From positions 1 to 44,448 of the forward strand of contig JAVECS010000018.1 in assembly GCA_051942165.1 (NCBI GenBank): a DNA stretch of 44,448 nucleotides, written 5' to 3'. Of this stretch, positions 12,201 to 22,950 are shown piece by piece. Origin of the DNA: Circinaria calcarea. Lineage: Eukaryota. Under the pieces are notes generated by a model. It searched no databases. It was not told the DNA's origin and was given only the letters and a program-made list of their open reading frames with translations. The position numbers and the translations under genes were made by a program. Position 1 is the stretch's first letter. Each line of letters opens with the position of its first letter.

Positions 12201-14827
12201 TGGTGTGGAAAAAGTCCAATGTCACTGCTCAAGGTCAGGACGGTGGGCGCCCGTGGGTTATTCTACGCGGCAAAATATACGATCTAACGGACTACTTCAA
12301 CACCCTTAACATTTACAATAATTTGCCCATGTACCAATTTTTCCCGTCGGAAGTGGCAGATCTCATACAGGGCAATGCTGGACAAGATATTACGAGTCAG
12401 TGGCAGAACACCGCCAACTTCTCCAAAAGTCTCAATTGCATGGAGAATGCGTTCTACAAAGGGATACCCGATTTTAGGCAAACTCCCAAATGTCAAGTCA
12501 ACAACTATATACTCCTGGCCTTTACAATTATCCTTTGCGCGGTCATACTCGTCAAGTTCCTAGCAGCCCTTCAGTTCGGCTCCAAAAGCCGACCAATTGC
12601 ACAGGACAAATTTGTGATTTGCCAAGTGCCAGCCTACACGGAGGGTGAAGACCAGTTACGGAAGGGTCTCGACTCGTTGACAGCCCTGCAATACGACAAC
12701 AAGAGAAAGCTCATATTTGTGATATGCGATGGAATGTTGATCGGAGGAGGCAACGATAGGCCCACTCCGAAGATTGTCCTCGACATACTAGGCGTCGATC
12801 CCAAGATCGATCCTCCAGCATTGCCGTTCAAGTCTGTTGGACAGAGTAACGAACAGCTCAATTACGGGAAAGTCTACTCCGGTCTATATGAATATGAGGG
12901 TAATGTCGTGCCTTATGTTGTTGTTGTCAAGGTAGGTAAGGAATCAGAGCAGGACAAATCTAAGCCTGGGAACCGTGGCAAGAGAGATTCCCAGATCCTC
13001 CTACTGAGCTTCTTGAACCGTGTTCATCATCGTGCCCCAATGTCCCCACTTGAGCTGGAAATATTCCACCAGATCAATAACATCATTGGGGTTGATCCCG
13101 AGCTTTACGAGTACCTCTTGATGGTCGACGCCGACACCAGTGTCAGGGAAGATTCTCTCAATCGTTTAGTGGCGAGTTGTGCCAACGATGCCAAAATCGC
13201 TGGCATATGTGGTGAGACCAACTTGGAAAACGAGGAAATGAGTTGGTGGACGATGATACAAGTGTACGAGTACTACATCTCCCATCATCTGGCCAAGGCC
13301 TTTGAGTCACTGTTTGGTTCAGTGACTTGCTTACCTGGGTGGTAAGCCTCCCCCTGCCCACCTTGGTTTCCTGTTCGATTTGACTAATTCATTATAGCTT
13401 TTCCATGTATCGACTGCGTACTGCAGACAAAGGCCGGCCCTTGATCATATCGGACAAAGTCATCTCTGAGTATAGTGATTGTGAAGTTGATACTTTGCAT
13501 AAGAAGAATCTCCTTTCTCTAGGGGAGGACCGCTACCTCACCACATTGATGACGAAGCATTTCCCGGGCATGTCCTACAAGTTTATTCCCGATGCCTTTG
13601 CTGCTACAGCTGCACCTGAAACATGGAGTGTGCTTCTATCTCAACGGCGGCGTTGGATCAACTCAACCATCCACAACCTAGCCGAATTGGTCTTTCTGAA
13701 GGACCTGTGTGGATTCTGCTGCTTTAGTATGCGCTTTGTTGTGTTTATTGACCTTTTTGGCACGATAATACTGCCTGCTACCTGTGGCTACCTTGCATTT
13801 CTGATATACCGGGTTGCCACACGCTCTGGAGCGTTTCCCTTGATCTCAATCATCATGATCGCTGCTGTCTATGGCTTACAGGCGCTCATTTTCATCCTCA
13901 AAAGACAGTGGCAACACATCGGATGGATGATTATTTATATACTCGCATTTCCCATTTATTCTTTTGTTCTGCCAATATATTCTTTCTGGAATCAAGATAA
14001 CTTTACCTGGGGTAACACCCGCATTGTCATCGGAGAGAAGGGCAACAAGCAGATTATCGCCCTCGACGATGAAGGATTCAACCCTCGCAGCATCCCACTC
14101 CAAAGGTGGGATGATTACGCCGCTTCAAATAATCTCCCAGGTCGACGTGGAATGAACGGAAGCATGGAGAAGATTTACCAGGACGATTATGTCGATCGAG
14201 GATTCGAGATGGATGACATGCACTCTACATATTCCTCCGTCAAGCCGGCCTCGACCATCTTAACCGGGTTCCCTAACCAGGCACCGGCCTACATGCCTCC
14301 ACAGGCTCAGTCTCCGTCGCCTTTTGCCGGGATGAACCGACAGAGTACGTACTCCAGCCTACGATATACCGATCAACCACAGTATCAACCGACGAGGGTG
14401 CAATCCTTTGGCGGGAGGAGCGAACCTTATCGCGACAACCCCAATCTGCATCGGATAGGTACACCGATGATGATGCCGAGCACGGACAATCTCATCGGAA
14501 TGCAATCACCGCCTCTGAGGCAGACCAGAAGTCCGCTTGGGTATGGAGAGAGTCGACCTGTCAGTACGGTCGACTTCCGCTCCGCTGGCAATGGCCCCGA
14601 CGACATGGCCATTACCGAAGCCATCCGAAGCTGCCTTGCCGAAGTCGATTTGGATAGTGTAACTAAGAAGCAAGGTTTGAACATACTCTTTCCATGACTC
14701 TACGGGCATGAGCTGACCTGATCTTCTAGTGCGCGCGTTGGTTGAGCAGCGGCTGCAGACGGAATTGACGGGGGATCGGAGGGCGTTCCTTGACAGACAA
14801 ATCGATAATGAACTGGCCAACATGTAG
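9294..14827 (+). CDS. csmB: Class VII chitin synthase with degenerate myosin motor-like domain (CsmB/ChsVII type)
   Basis: Exons 9294-9598, 9658-13341, 13398-14674, 14730-14827. No P-loop in the N-terminal domain; b5-like domain ([13 protein letters not shown]), [25 protein letters not shown] tail ([37 protein letters not shown]). Confidence 0.97.
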
Positions 14828-15508
14828 ATAGTACCGGGATAGCCATGGCGCAGGGGCGTTGGTGGATCGGGTTTCGATGGCTGAAATAGTCGGAGTGGTA
14901 ATAAGATGCATTGGCGGACTTTATCATACGTACTGCTCATATAATTCCTTGTGGGTGGGGGTTACCTTAGTCCGGCGTTCGCATGCGGCTCTTATGATGA
15001 GCAGAAGCGATTGGGTTTGGCCGGGTGCTTCGCATCTTGCGGTGTAGCATAAGATGCATAAACCTAATCTGCTTTGGACCATATCATTCCGAGCCCGCTG
15101 CTCTTTCCTCTCATCCACCGCCATCACGTATCCGGGGAACTCTTCGTTTGTCTTACCACATGTAACATAACTTTTTTAGTCGTCGATGTGAGGATTAAAG
15201 GACGGACCAGCGGGGGGGGGGGGAAACGGTGCGGGGACGAAGGGTGGAATGAACTCTCGTATCTTACACGCTTACACGGAAAACCGAGGTCATGCGCATT
15301 GGGGCAACACACAACTGCTGTCAGTGTAACCAAGTACAAGGCGCCTTGAGAGAGACGGTCAGTCATTCAATGCGCATGGCGGTACAACCCCCTCAGAGTC
15401 CGTGTATGCCCTTTTCTCTCCAGTCCCGCGTCAACCTCCTCGTTGGTTGAACTTGATCATCATCCATCGTCCCCTACTCTCCCATCCCTTGTCACGTTTG
15501 TTTTTAAC

Positions 15509-17554
15509 ATGTATGTACCAATTGAAAGGAAATCCGAAGATATTGCCCGCAGGAGAGTCTCGGGATTCTCCATCAGCTACTGACTAGCCTTACTGTCTAG
15601 GTACACGGCATCCTTTGCGTTCTTCGAAGCCATCTGGGAGGTAGAGAACCACATCTTTTCGACATGCCCCCCTGTGTCTAAGAACTAATCTCTTGCCAGG
15701 CCGGTATAACCCATTGCTTTGTGAACCTAGGATCCGACCACCCCAGTATCATCGAAGCCATCGTCAAAGGCCAAAATGAAGACAAAGGCCAGTTCCCTCG
15801 TATCATTACCTGTCCTAATGAGGCATGTACACCCCACCCCCGCCGCTGGATGCTGTGTTGGCTGACTTCAAGTCTTGCTAGATGGTCGCGCTGTCAATGG
15901 CAGACGGCTACGCTCGCTATACCTCCAAGCCCCAGTGTGTCATAGTCCACGTCGATGTCGGAACCCAGGGCCTTGGGGCTGCTGTCCACAACGCTTCCTG
16001 CGGTCGTGCCCCCGTGCTGATCTTCGCCGGTCTCTCCCCGTATACCATCGAAGGTGAAGCCCGCGGCTCCCGGACGGAGTACATTCACTGGATTCAGGAT
16101 GTTCCCGACCAAAAACAGATTGTCGCACAGTACTGTCGATATACTGGGGAAGTCAAGACAGGAAGAAATGTCAAGCAGATTGTTCGCAGGGCACTGCAAT
16201 TTGCGACCAGTGCGCCGTGTGGACCAGTTTATTTGTGTGGAGCAAGGGAGGCAATGGAAGAGGATATTGAGCCGTACAAACTCGTCGAAGGGCATTGGGA
16301 CAGTGTTGCGCCGGCAGCTTTGACCCAGGAGCAAGTGAAGAAGATTGCAGATGCTTTAGTTGGAGCGAAGGAGCCATTGCTGATCACAGGGTATTGTGGG
16401 CGAAATCATGCTGCCGTTGAGGAATTAGTCAAGCTAGTCGAGACAGTCAAGGGATTGAGGGTCCTCGATACTGGAGGAAGCGATATGTGTTTTCCTGCCG
16501 ATCATCGAGCGAGTCTAGGCTTAAGGTATGGAGTGGATGAGAGTATCAAGACCGCAGACGTGATTCTTGTAGTCGATTGCGACGTACCGTGGATCCCCAC
16601 CCAGTGCAAACCGAAAATCGATGCCAAGGTCTTCCACATTGATATCGATCCTTTGAAGCAGCAAATGCCAGTCTTCTACATCGCTGCAGAAGCAAGATAC
16701 AGAGCCGACAGCTACACAACGTTCAAGCAGCTCCACGAATACATTGAAAATGACGAGTCATTATCAAAAACGGTTGCTACCTATGGAAGTCGCTGGAATG
16801 CTCTTGCAGAGAATCACTCCAAGCGCATGCAGATTATTCGCGACCTAGCCAAGCCAGGTGACGATGGAAACTATAACGTCTCCTACCTTACTGCTGCTGT
16901 CCGTAAAGCAGTACCCGCCGATACCATCTTTGCCATTGAGGCCGTCACCAACACCGTGTTCGTGGCCGATCAGATCCAAGCCACATTACCGGGTAGCTGG
17001 ATCAACTGTGGAGGGGGCGGCCTGGGTTGGTCTGGTGGAGGTGCACTAGGTATCAAACTCGCGACCGAAGCAGAGGGAGGAAAGAAGTTTGTCTGCCAGA
17101 TCGTAGGCGATGGGACGTTTTTGTTTAGCGTACCCGGGAGCGTATACTGGATATCTCAACGCTACCAAATTCCAATTTTAACGATCATCCTAAACAACCG
17201 CGGTACTTTTTCTCCCTTCCCTCAACCAGCCTTCTGTCTTGTCCTAACTTTCCAACAGGTTGGAACGCACCTCGCAAGTCCCTCCTGCTGGTGCACCCTG
17301 ACGGCCTAGGATCAAAGGTGTCCAACGACGAGCTCAACATTGCCTTTACGCCTACCCCAGATTACGCCGGTATCGCCAAAGCGGCGGCTGGTGGTAGTAT
17401 CTGGGCCGAACATGCGAGTACCACTGAAGAACTAGGGAAACTGCTACCGCAAGCTGTGGAGGCGGTAATGCAGGGAAGGGGAGCGGTGTTGGATGCGCAC
17501 TTGGATGGGCCACAGGGGAAGTACGGGGGTGGGAAGGAGGTATTGATAGGGTGA
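15509..17554 (+). CDS. Thiamine-pyrophosphate-dependent enzyme (acetolactate synthase/decarboxylase-like superfamily), substrate unknown
   Basis: Exons 15509-15510 (AT), 15601-15640, 15700-15822, 15882-17202, 17259-17554. Spliced product: MYTASFAFFEAIWEAGITHCFVNLGSDHPSII..CPNEMVALSMADGYAR..HVDVGT..GDGTFLF..LNNRGWNAPRKS, showing the catalytic Glu and the GDG..NN TPP-binding motif. Confidence 0.9.
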
Positions 17555-18180
17555 AATGGGATGGAGCAGGTCAAGAAGAATGTGGTATAAAAGGGAGAAG
17601 AGCCTCGGGGATTAGATCAGAAAGTCAGTGAATTTTGAAATATGGGTATGCTCGCTTCACTCGACACTGGGGCTTCTTTGCAATTTTGAGCAATAGCTTT
17701 TACAATTGAATGTCATTGTTGTACTGACTATTTCAGTGTTACACCTTTTCGCGAGGTTTGAGCGCTACTAGTGGTATCCCTTGTTTATGCTGTACGCTCA
17801 ATAGTTGACGTTCTCCGCGATGTTTTGACTGACAGTCTGCTCACAAACTGAGTCTTTTCTTCGAAACAAAGACGCCGCTTGCTTAGGCGTGACTGCTATC
17901 GCGAATTGATTACGAGTTTCATGTCCAAGTTGAAACATCCGCTTCTATGCGCTAAGCAGTATAAAGTTGTTGGATTCGATGGCCACTATCAGTCATTACA
18001 TTGATAGCTAAATGTAGGTCTCTGGAGTTATTTCCGTCACTGTTCCAAACGGACCATTTCTTTTACTTGGCATCACCCTTTGCAAAGAGGCATCTTAAGT
18101 GACAGGAAAGCTTCTTGCTGGAATCTAACATCCGTAAGGCGTTTTTTCCGTGCGGCTTTTGGGGAAACACGCAGCAAACA

Positions 18181-19137
18181 ATGCATAAACTGGTTCAAGG
18201 ACTACTTTTTTCTGGCTTCATCGCTTCCGTCCTCTCCGGTTAGGCCCCAGTCCCTGCTTTCTTCTTATCTCCTCCCTAGCTGAACCCTTCGAACAAAGCT
18301 GCCAATAAACGGGGCATCGCCACTGCCGGAAACTACCTGATCGCCTATTGCGGCCAGGAGACTTCAGAAGTCAATATCGTCCTCACCAAAACCCAAACTC
18401 GCCTCCACCAAGTCATACACACCATTACCGATATCCATCCGAACGATATGACAGATGTATACTATTCGTTTTTCAGCCGCGCGGACCGCAACGTGGTCAG
18501 TACGATGCTCAATAACATCGCCAACGGTACCTATGTTCCCGTAAAGGGCTACCTCCGCCGACCTGCACTCCGGTGCATCAACCCCGCAGATACCGGTACT
18601 GCGGCCGACCGATGCAAGAGACCAGGAACCCATATCCTCACCACCAAAAGCGGGCGTGTCGTCTATCTTTGTCCTAGTTTTCGCAACCTGCAATTGGAGC
18701 CGGCAAAGGCAAACGGCGCAAAGGGGCCAGGCGTAAAGGGGGACTGCTTGCAAACGATCGGCCGGGGCGACTATCTCCCCCTATCCAAAGTGGTAGATCA
18801 TCAGCTCACGGTGCTGACGGAGGCTCTAGTGCGGTTGTATCTGCACGGAGCGGAGAATGGGAGGGAGGTAGAGAATCTGGAGGGATGTTTGGAGTTGGGC
18901 AAGGGGCACTTGGAAGGCAGGGATGCGGCAGTCAATCCGAGAAGTTACGGGTTTTTTGTCGGAAGTAAGTATTCCTCCTCCCCTCTCTACTTCTCTTTGT
19001 TCGTCGCAACCTTTGTACTTGGGTCTATTGGCGACTGACTGGCGACTTTTTTTTCCTTTCTAGATCTGGTCACAGGATGCAACTGTTACAGTGGACCGCA
19101 ACACCGGGAGCCGGTCCTAGAGCCTGAGAATCAATAG
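18181..19137 (+). CDS. Secreted cysteine-containing protein, zincin/M35 (deuterolysin/aspzincin)-like fold, HEXXH absent
   Basis: Exons 18181-18238, 18299-18964, 19064-19137 (GTTAGG..AAG; GTAAGT..TAG). Hydrophobic N-term MHKLVQGLLFSGFIASVLSA followed by ANKR; internal VYLCPSF, QLTVLTEALVRLY and AAVNPRSYGFF. Fold assignment is inferred from motif order. Confidence 0.7.
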
Positions 19138-19749
19138 ATGCGAAGATACGGTAACATGATGGCGGTTGGTTTATGAACGGGGGACTATAAGCTAGAATAA
19201 GGCTTCCCCTGCGCTAATGCTTGTTCACGTAGAATACGGTTTTGGCTACTTTAAGCAGACACAACACTTATTCGACAGTTATAGCGCAGCATTGCTGCAG
19301 CTCGATTGGAAACGATAGGTTTTAGTAGGTCCTTATACCATTTCTGTGAGCCTGGAAGGGAAGCCGATACGGAGCGGTGCTACTATTCCCCGGCTATCAT
19401 CTCGGCTTTAGCGGTTTTAACAAACGCGGAAAGGAAGCCGCGATGGCCGAGTAAGCAATTTGGATCATATTCTCCTTCGTATCATGTCCTGCCAGTTGAG
19501 ATTATATAATCGCGTATCGTGTTATGATGAGCAGAGTGGATAGACTTATGGTGTCTTTACTTACCAATCGTGCTGACTGGGCATTGATTCTCAATGTGTT
19601 CCGAGTATTAGTACAGAGTCATTTCGCTCTCATCCATCTCCTGCTCGATACCTTTTCAAACCTCCTAAAACACTCTTACAGTTCAGATTTCATTTTTATC
19701 CAGAGCTGACCCAGTCAATTATACCAGTGGAGTCATTCTCTAACTCAGC

Positions 19750-20667
19750 ATGACCACCAGCCAATCAGTTCTCGTCCTCGGCGCTGGCGAGCTCGGTACC
19801 GCTGTACTACATGGTCTGACCAATCATAGCCATCGACGTCTCGCCACAATCACAGTCCTCCTTCGCCCAACAACAATCGCCAGCTCCGATCCGCTCAAAA
19901 AGGAACAGATCTCCGAGCTGCAGTCCCTCGGCATCATCATCCTCTCCGGAGATGTTGCGAACGACTCCGAATCGGAGCTCGCTACTCTCTTCAAATCCTT
20001 CGACACCATCATCGGCTGTACTGGCATGACCAGCGGACCAGGCACGCAGACCAAGATCGCACGTGCTGTCCTCAGCGCTGGGGTCAAGCGGTATATCCCC
20101 TGGCAGTTCGGCGTGGATTATGATGCCATTGGCCGGGGTAGCGCGCAAGATCTGTTCACGGAGCAATTGGATGTGCGAGACCTACTCCGCGCCCAGACGG
20201 CCACGAACTGGGTGATTGTATCGACGGGCATGTTCCTGAGTTTCCTCTTCGAGCCTCTCTTCGGCGTCGTGGACGCGGAGAGGACGCTTGTCCGTGCGCT
20301 GGGCAGCTGGCAGAACCGCGTGACAGTCACGACGCCCGAGGATATCGGCCGAGTAACGGCCGAAGTCGTGTTTGCGGTACCGGAGATCGAGAACGAAGTG
20401 GTGTTTACGGCGGGGGATACGGTGACGTATGATTATCTCGCTGATGCGATGGAGCGGGTGTTGGGAAGGAAGGTGGAGCGGAGGGAATGGAGCTTGGAAC
20501 AGTTGCGGGAGGAGTTGCGGACGGATCCCGGGGATAAGCTGAAGAAGTACCGGGTAGTATTTGCGGAGGGGAAGGGGGTGGCGTGGGATATGCAGAGGAG
20601 TTTGAACTGGAAAAGGGGGATCGAGATGGTCGGGGTGGAGGAGTGGGCGAGGGAGAATCTTGAATAG
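19750..20667 (+). CDS. NmrA-like / isoflavone-reductase-like NAD(P)H-dependent reductase (atypical SDR), intronless
   Basis: 305-aa ORF; Rossmann motif VLVLGAGELG; family motif PWQFGVDYDAIGRGSAQDLF; TVTTPEDIGRVTAE. Confidence 0.9.
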   Translation: MTTSQSVLVLGAGELGTAVLHGLTNHSHRRLATITVLLRPTTIASSDPLKKEQISELQSLGIIILSGDVANDSESELATLFKSFDTIIGCTGMTSGPGTQTKIARAVLSAGVKRYIPWQFGVDYDAIGRGSAQDLFTEQLDVRDLLRAQTATNWVIVSTGMFLSFLFEPLFGVVDAERTLVRALGSWQNRVTVTTPEDIGRVTAEVVFAVPEIENEVVFTAGDTVTYDYLADAMERVLGRKVERREWSLEQLREELRTDPGDKLKKYRVVFAEGKGVAWDMQRSLNWKRGIEMVGVEEWARENLE

Positions 20668-20783
20668 GAGGAAGGGGCTCCTTCTTCCACTTTGAATTGC
20701 TCGGCTTGGTTGTGCAGGCCGTTCCTGTAGCAAGGGCTGTTGTGTGGCCCGTTAAAATATCCTCCTCCCAAAAAAAAAAAACA

Positions 20784-20834
20784 GAAATGTGTAATTTCAT
20801 ACCCCACAAGTTTGAAATATGCAATTTCATACCC
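20784..20834. repeat. Direct repeat, 2 x 21 bp (GAAATRTGYAATTTCATACCC), 30-bp period
   Basis: gaaatgtgtaatttcataccc at 20784-20804 and gaaatatgcaatttcataccc at 20814-20834. Confidence 0.85.
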
Positions 20835-20879
20835 TAAGTTGCTAGTCTTCTGTTAGTGCAAGGTGGCTATTATTAAGAT

Positions 20880-21065
20880 CACTACGGAAAGTCGCTGTCA
20901 CTGCCGTAAAAACCTATTATTGTATAGGTCACTGTCGCAGAGGTCATTATTGCGGAGAGGTCATTGCCGTCAGTGGGCAGTGCGACATAATAACATTATA
21001 AGAGTAGCATTACAACGATGGCATTGCGATATACTGGCATTGGCGACACAATACCACAGCTACCA
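20880..21065. repeat. Degenerate ~15-bp unit array that switches orientation (foldback-like)
   Basis: Left units AGGTCACTGTCGCAG / AGGTCATTATTGCGG / AGGTCATTGCCGTCAG. Right units TGCGACA.., GATGGCATTGCGATA and TGGCATTGGCGACA resemble their reverse complements. Confidence 0.5.
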
Positions 21066-21069
21066 CTGA

Positions 21070-22950
21070 GGACCGCCCCCATGTATTCGTCAGGAGGGGG
21101 GGGGGAAGGGGGGGGTTTCGCCCGGTATATAATAATCGCCCCTAGTATATAATAAATTTCAAGCCCATTCGCCCCCCGTATCACAGTAAATATTTATTTC
21201 TATAAATGGTTAATGTTCACCTCTATGAAAACCGGCCTTGCCGAAAAAACGGTTTCTCGAAAACAATACCATATTGGGTAAATTATTTCTGATGAAATCC
21301 AATATCAGTTTCCCTCGACGATAGCTAATTCTGCTGCCATTATTCAGAATCGTTAACCGTGATATTTAAAAGTAATATTGACCACCCAGCCCCGGCCGAG
21401 AAGCGATTCTCGTATTTTAATTTACCAAAGCACGAAACTGCCACTGATAGGGGTTAATAGCTATCTCGATTATTTTCTAAAAACGGGTGAGATATTTTAG
21501 AATGTTAGTATTCGTCGATTCCATTCTTCTCCCAGCCATTCCACCCACGGGAACGAGCTCTTTATCTATGTCGTCGACGACACTTTGGCCTGGATAACCG
21601 CCTGGGAAATTTAAAATCATGGAACTTGATCGGGTTTTTAGTTATAACCTTCGGGGTCTCCTAAATCTCCTGACTTCTCCCTGTTATTCAAAGAAAGGGG
21701 TTTGTTCGGGCAAGGAACCCAATGTGTATCTTTTCTTCAAAGCCCGCATATCACGATCCATCCGCTTATCCATACGATCAGCCGCTCGTTGATGCCCCGA
21801 AATCTCCTTCTCATCTTATCCATACGATCAGCCGCTCGTTGATGCCCCGAAATCCCCTTCTCATTTCATCCGTAGCCTTATCGGCTTACGGTGTAGAACG
21901 CGTATCCTCTATACCCGCAGTTTTTCTACGCCTAGTTCGGGGTTATTTTCAAGTTGCACGTGACTCGACAGCTTCTCAGCTGTTTGAACGGATCTTCGGA
22001 GAGAATTTGAAAGCCGCTTCGAGAGCGGCATAATCGGCCATCTCCACGTCCATCTGCGTTAATTGAATTGTTTCTCCGCTGGGTCATTCCATCTTCTCCT
22101 CTACACTGCGTTGGCTCTCCGTTTCTCCTCTTTCTCCCCTTATCCTCCCCCTTCTCCCCTTTCTTTCCCCTCTTATTCCCTCGTCTAATCTTTACTGCCT
22201 CCTTCCTTTTCCCGTTATTCTCCCTTTTCTTCTCCGTTCGGTACCGGTGCGCCTATTGGTTATAAGCTTTATTATATCCCGGACTATTCATTTGTCTACC
22301 TGGGCCTAAGGCATTACCCGGTACAATAATTGGGGAAAGGGCGTGCTTTAGAGGGCTGAAAGTGCGCCAAAGCTCGATAGTTTGTTTCCTGAGCCTTTGG
22401 AGAAAGGGTGTCACAATCTAGGGTAATTCTAGGGAAAGGCAGTATAAGTAAGAAACATAGCAATATATTCAGCGAAAGCTGATTTCTTATTCGCTGGTTC
22501 AGTGCTATGATCACTAGAAAAGCCCTTCACATTCGCCGCCAATACAGCTATTTACTAGTATATATACACCAGATTAGCACGATATTATCGTTGCGGGCGG
22601 GCCCAAAAATAAGCATTTTAAGGCAACGGTTACAACTGGAAAGCACAGGACGTGGACGCTCCACGGCGGCAGGGGTGAGACGGGGTATGAGGCGCAAGAT
22701 AAGAGTCATACACGAGCAAAGATGAAGACGTCGAAACGTGGATTTTATAAAAATAGAGTTACAAAGAAGGAAAATAGGGGTTTATCGAGGGTAAATAAAG
22801 CTGTAAGCCTAATACTTTGCATTCATATTGCATGTGAACTAAATCTCTCCACGCGGGTGGAAGAACACCATATAACGAAACGAGGATAAAACCGAGTGAG
22901 ACAACCTCAGTCTTGTATTTAAAGAGATGATCTGCATCGGATGGTTGGCG
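21070..22950 (-). mobile_element. Degenerate repeat or transposon-like relic (possibly RIP-mutated), class unassigned
   Basis: AT-rich with many TA steps, poly-G at 21096-21115, stop-riddled frames. The - strand remnant reads like a coiled coil (DEMRRGFRGINERL/DRMDKRMDRDMRALKKR) after a purine-rich E/K/G tract. No transposase or RT motif recognisable. Confidence 0.4.
21765..21864. repeat. Tandem duplication, 2 x 50 bp, one C/T mismatch
   Basis: cttatccatacgatcagccgctcgttgatgccccgaaatc(t/c)ccttctcat at 21765-21814 and 21815-21864. Confidence 0.95.

Noticed and set aside
2549..14940. Numerous 60-156 aa alternative-frame and antisense ORFs over csmA/csmB (likewise over CSF1 and EF-2)
   Set aside because: Expected shadow ORFs with no recognisable motifs.
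15212..15247. G-quadruplex-capable G runs (also 34-45, 21096-21115, 43980-43989)
   Set aside because: Simple homopolymers with no evidence of function; run lengths may be sequencing-dependent.
15340..15600. TPP riboswitch upstream of or within the TPP-enzyme gene (TGAACTTGATC at ~15448-15458 resembles part of the aptamer)
   Set aside because: The CTGAGA..ATAC and GATAAT..AGCG aptamer elements are missing. An Infernal scan with the Rfam TPP model would settle it.
20182..20830. Long antisense ORFs over the NmrA-like gene
   Set aside because: Pro/Leu/Ser-rich shadows caused by the G-rich sense strand.
20784..21864. CRISPR-like repeat-spacer array
   Set aside because: Only two-copy repeats, no unique spacers, no cas genes, and a eukaryotic context.
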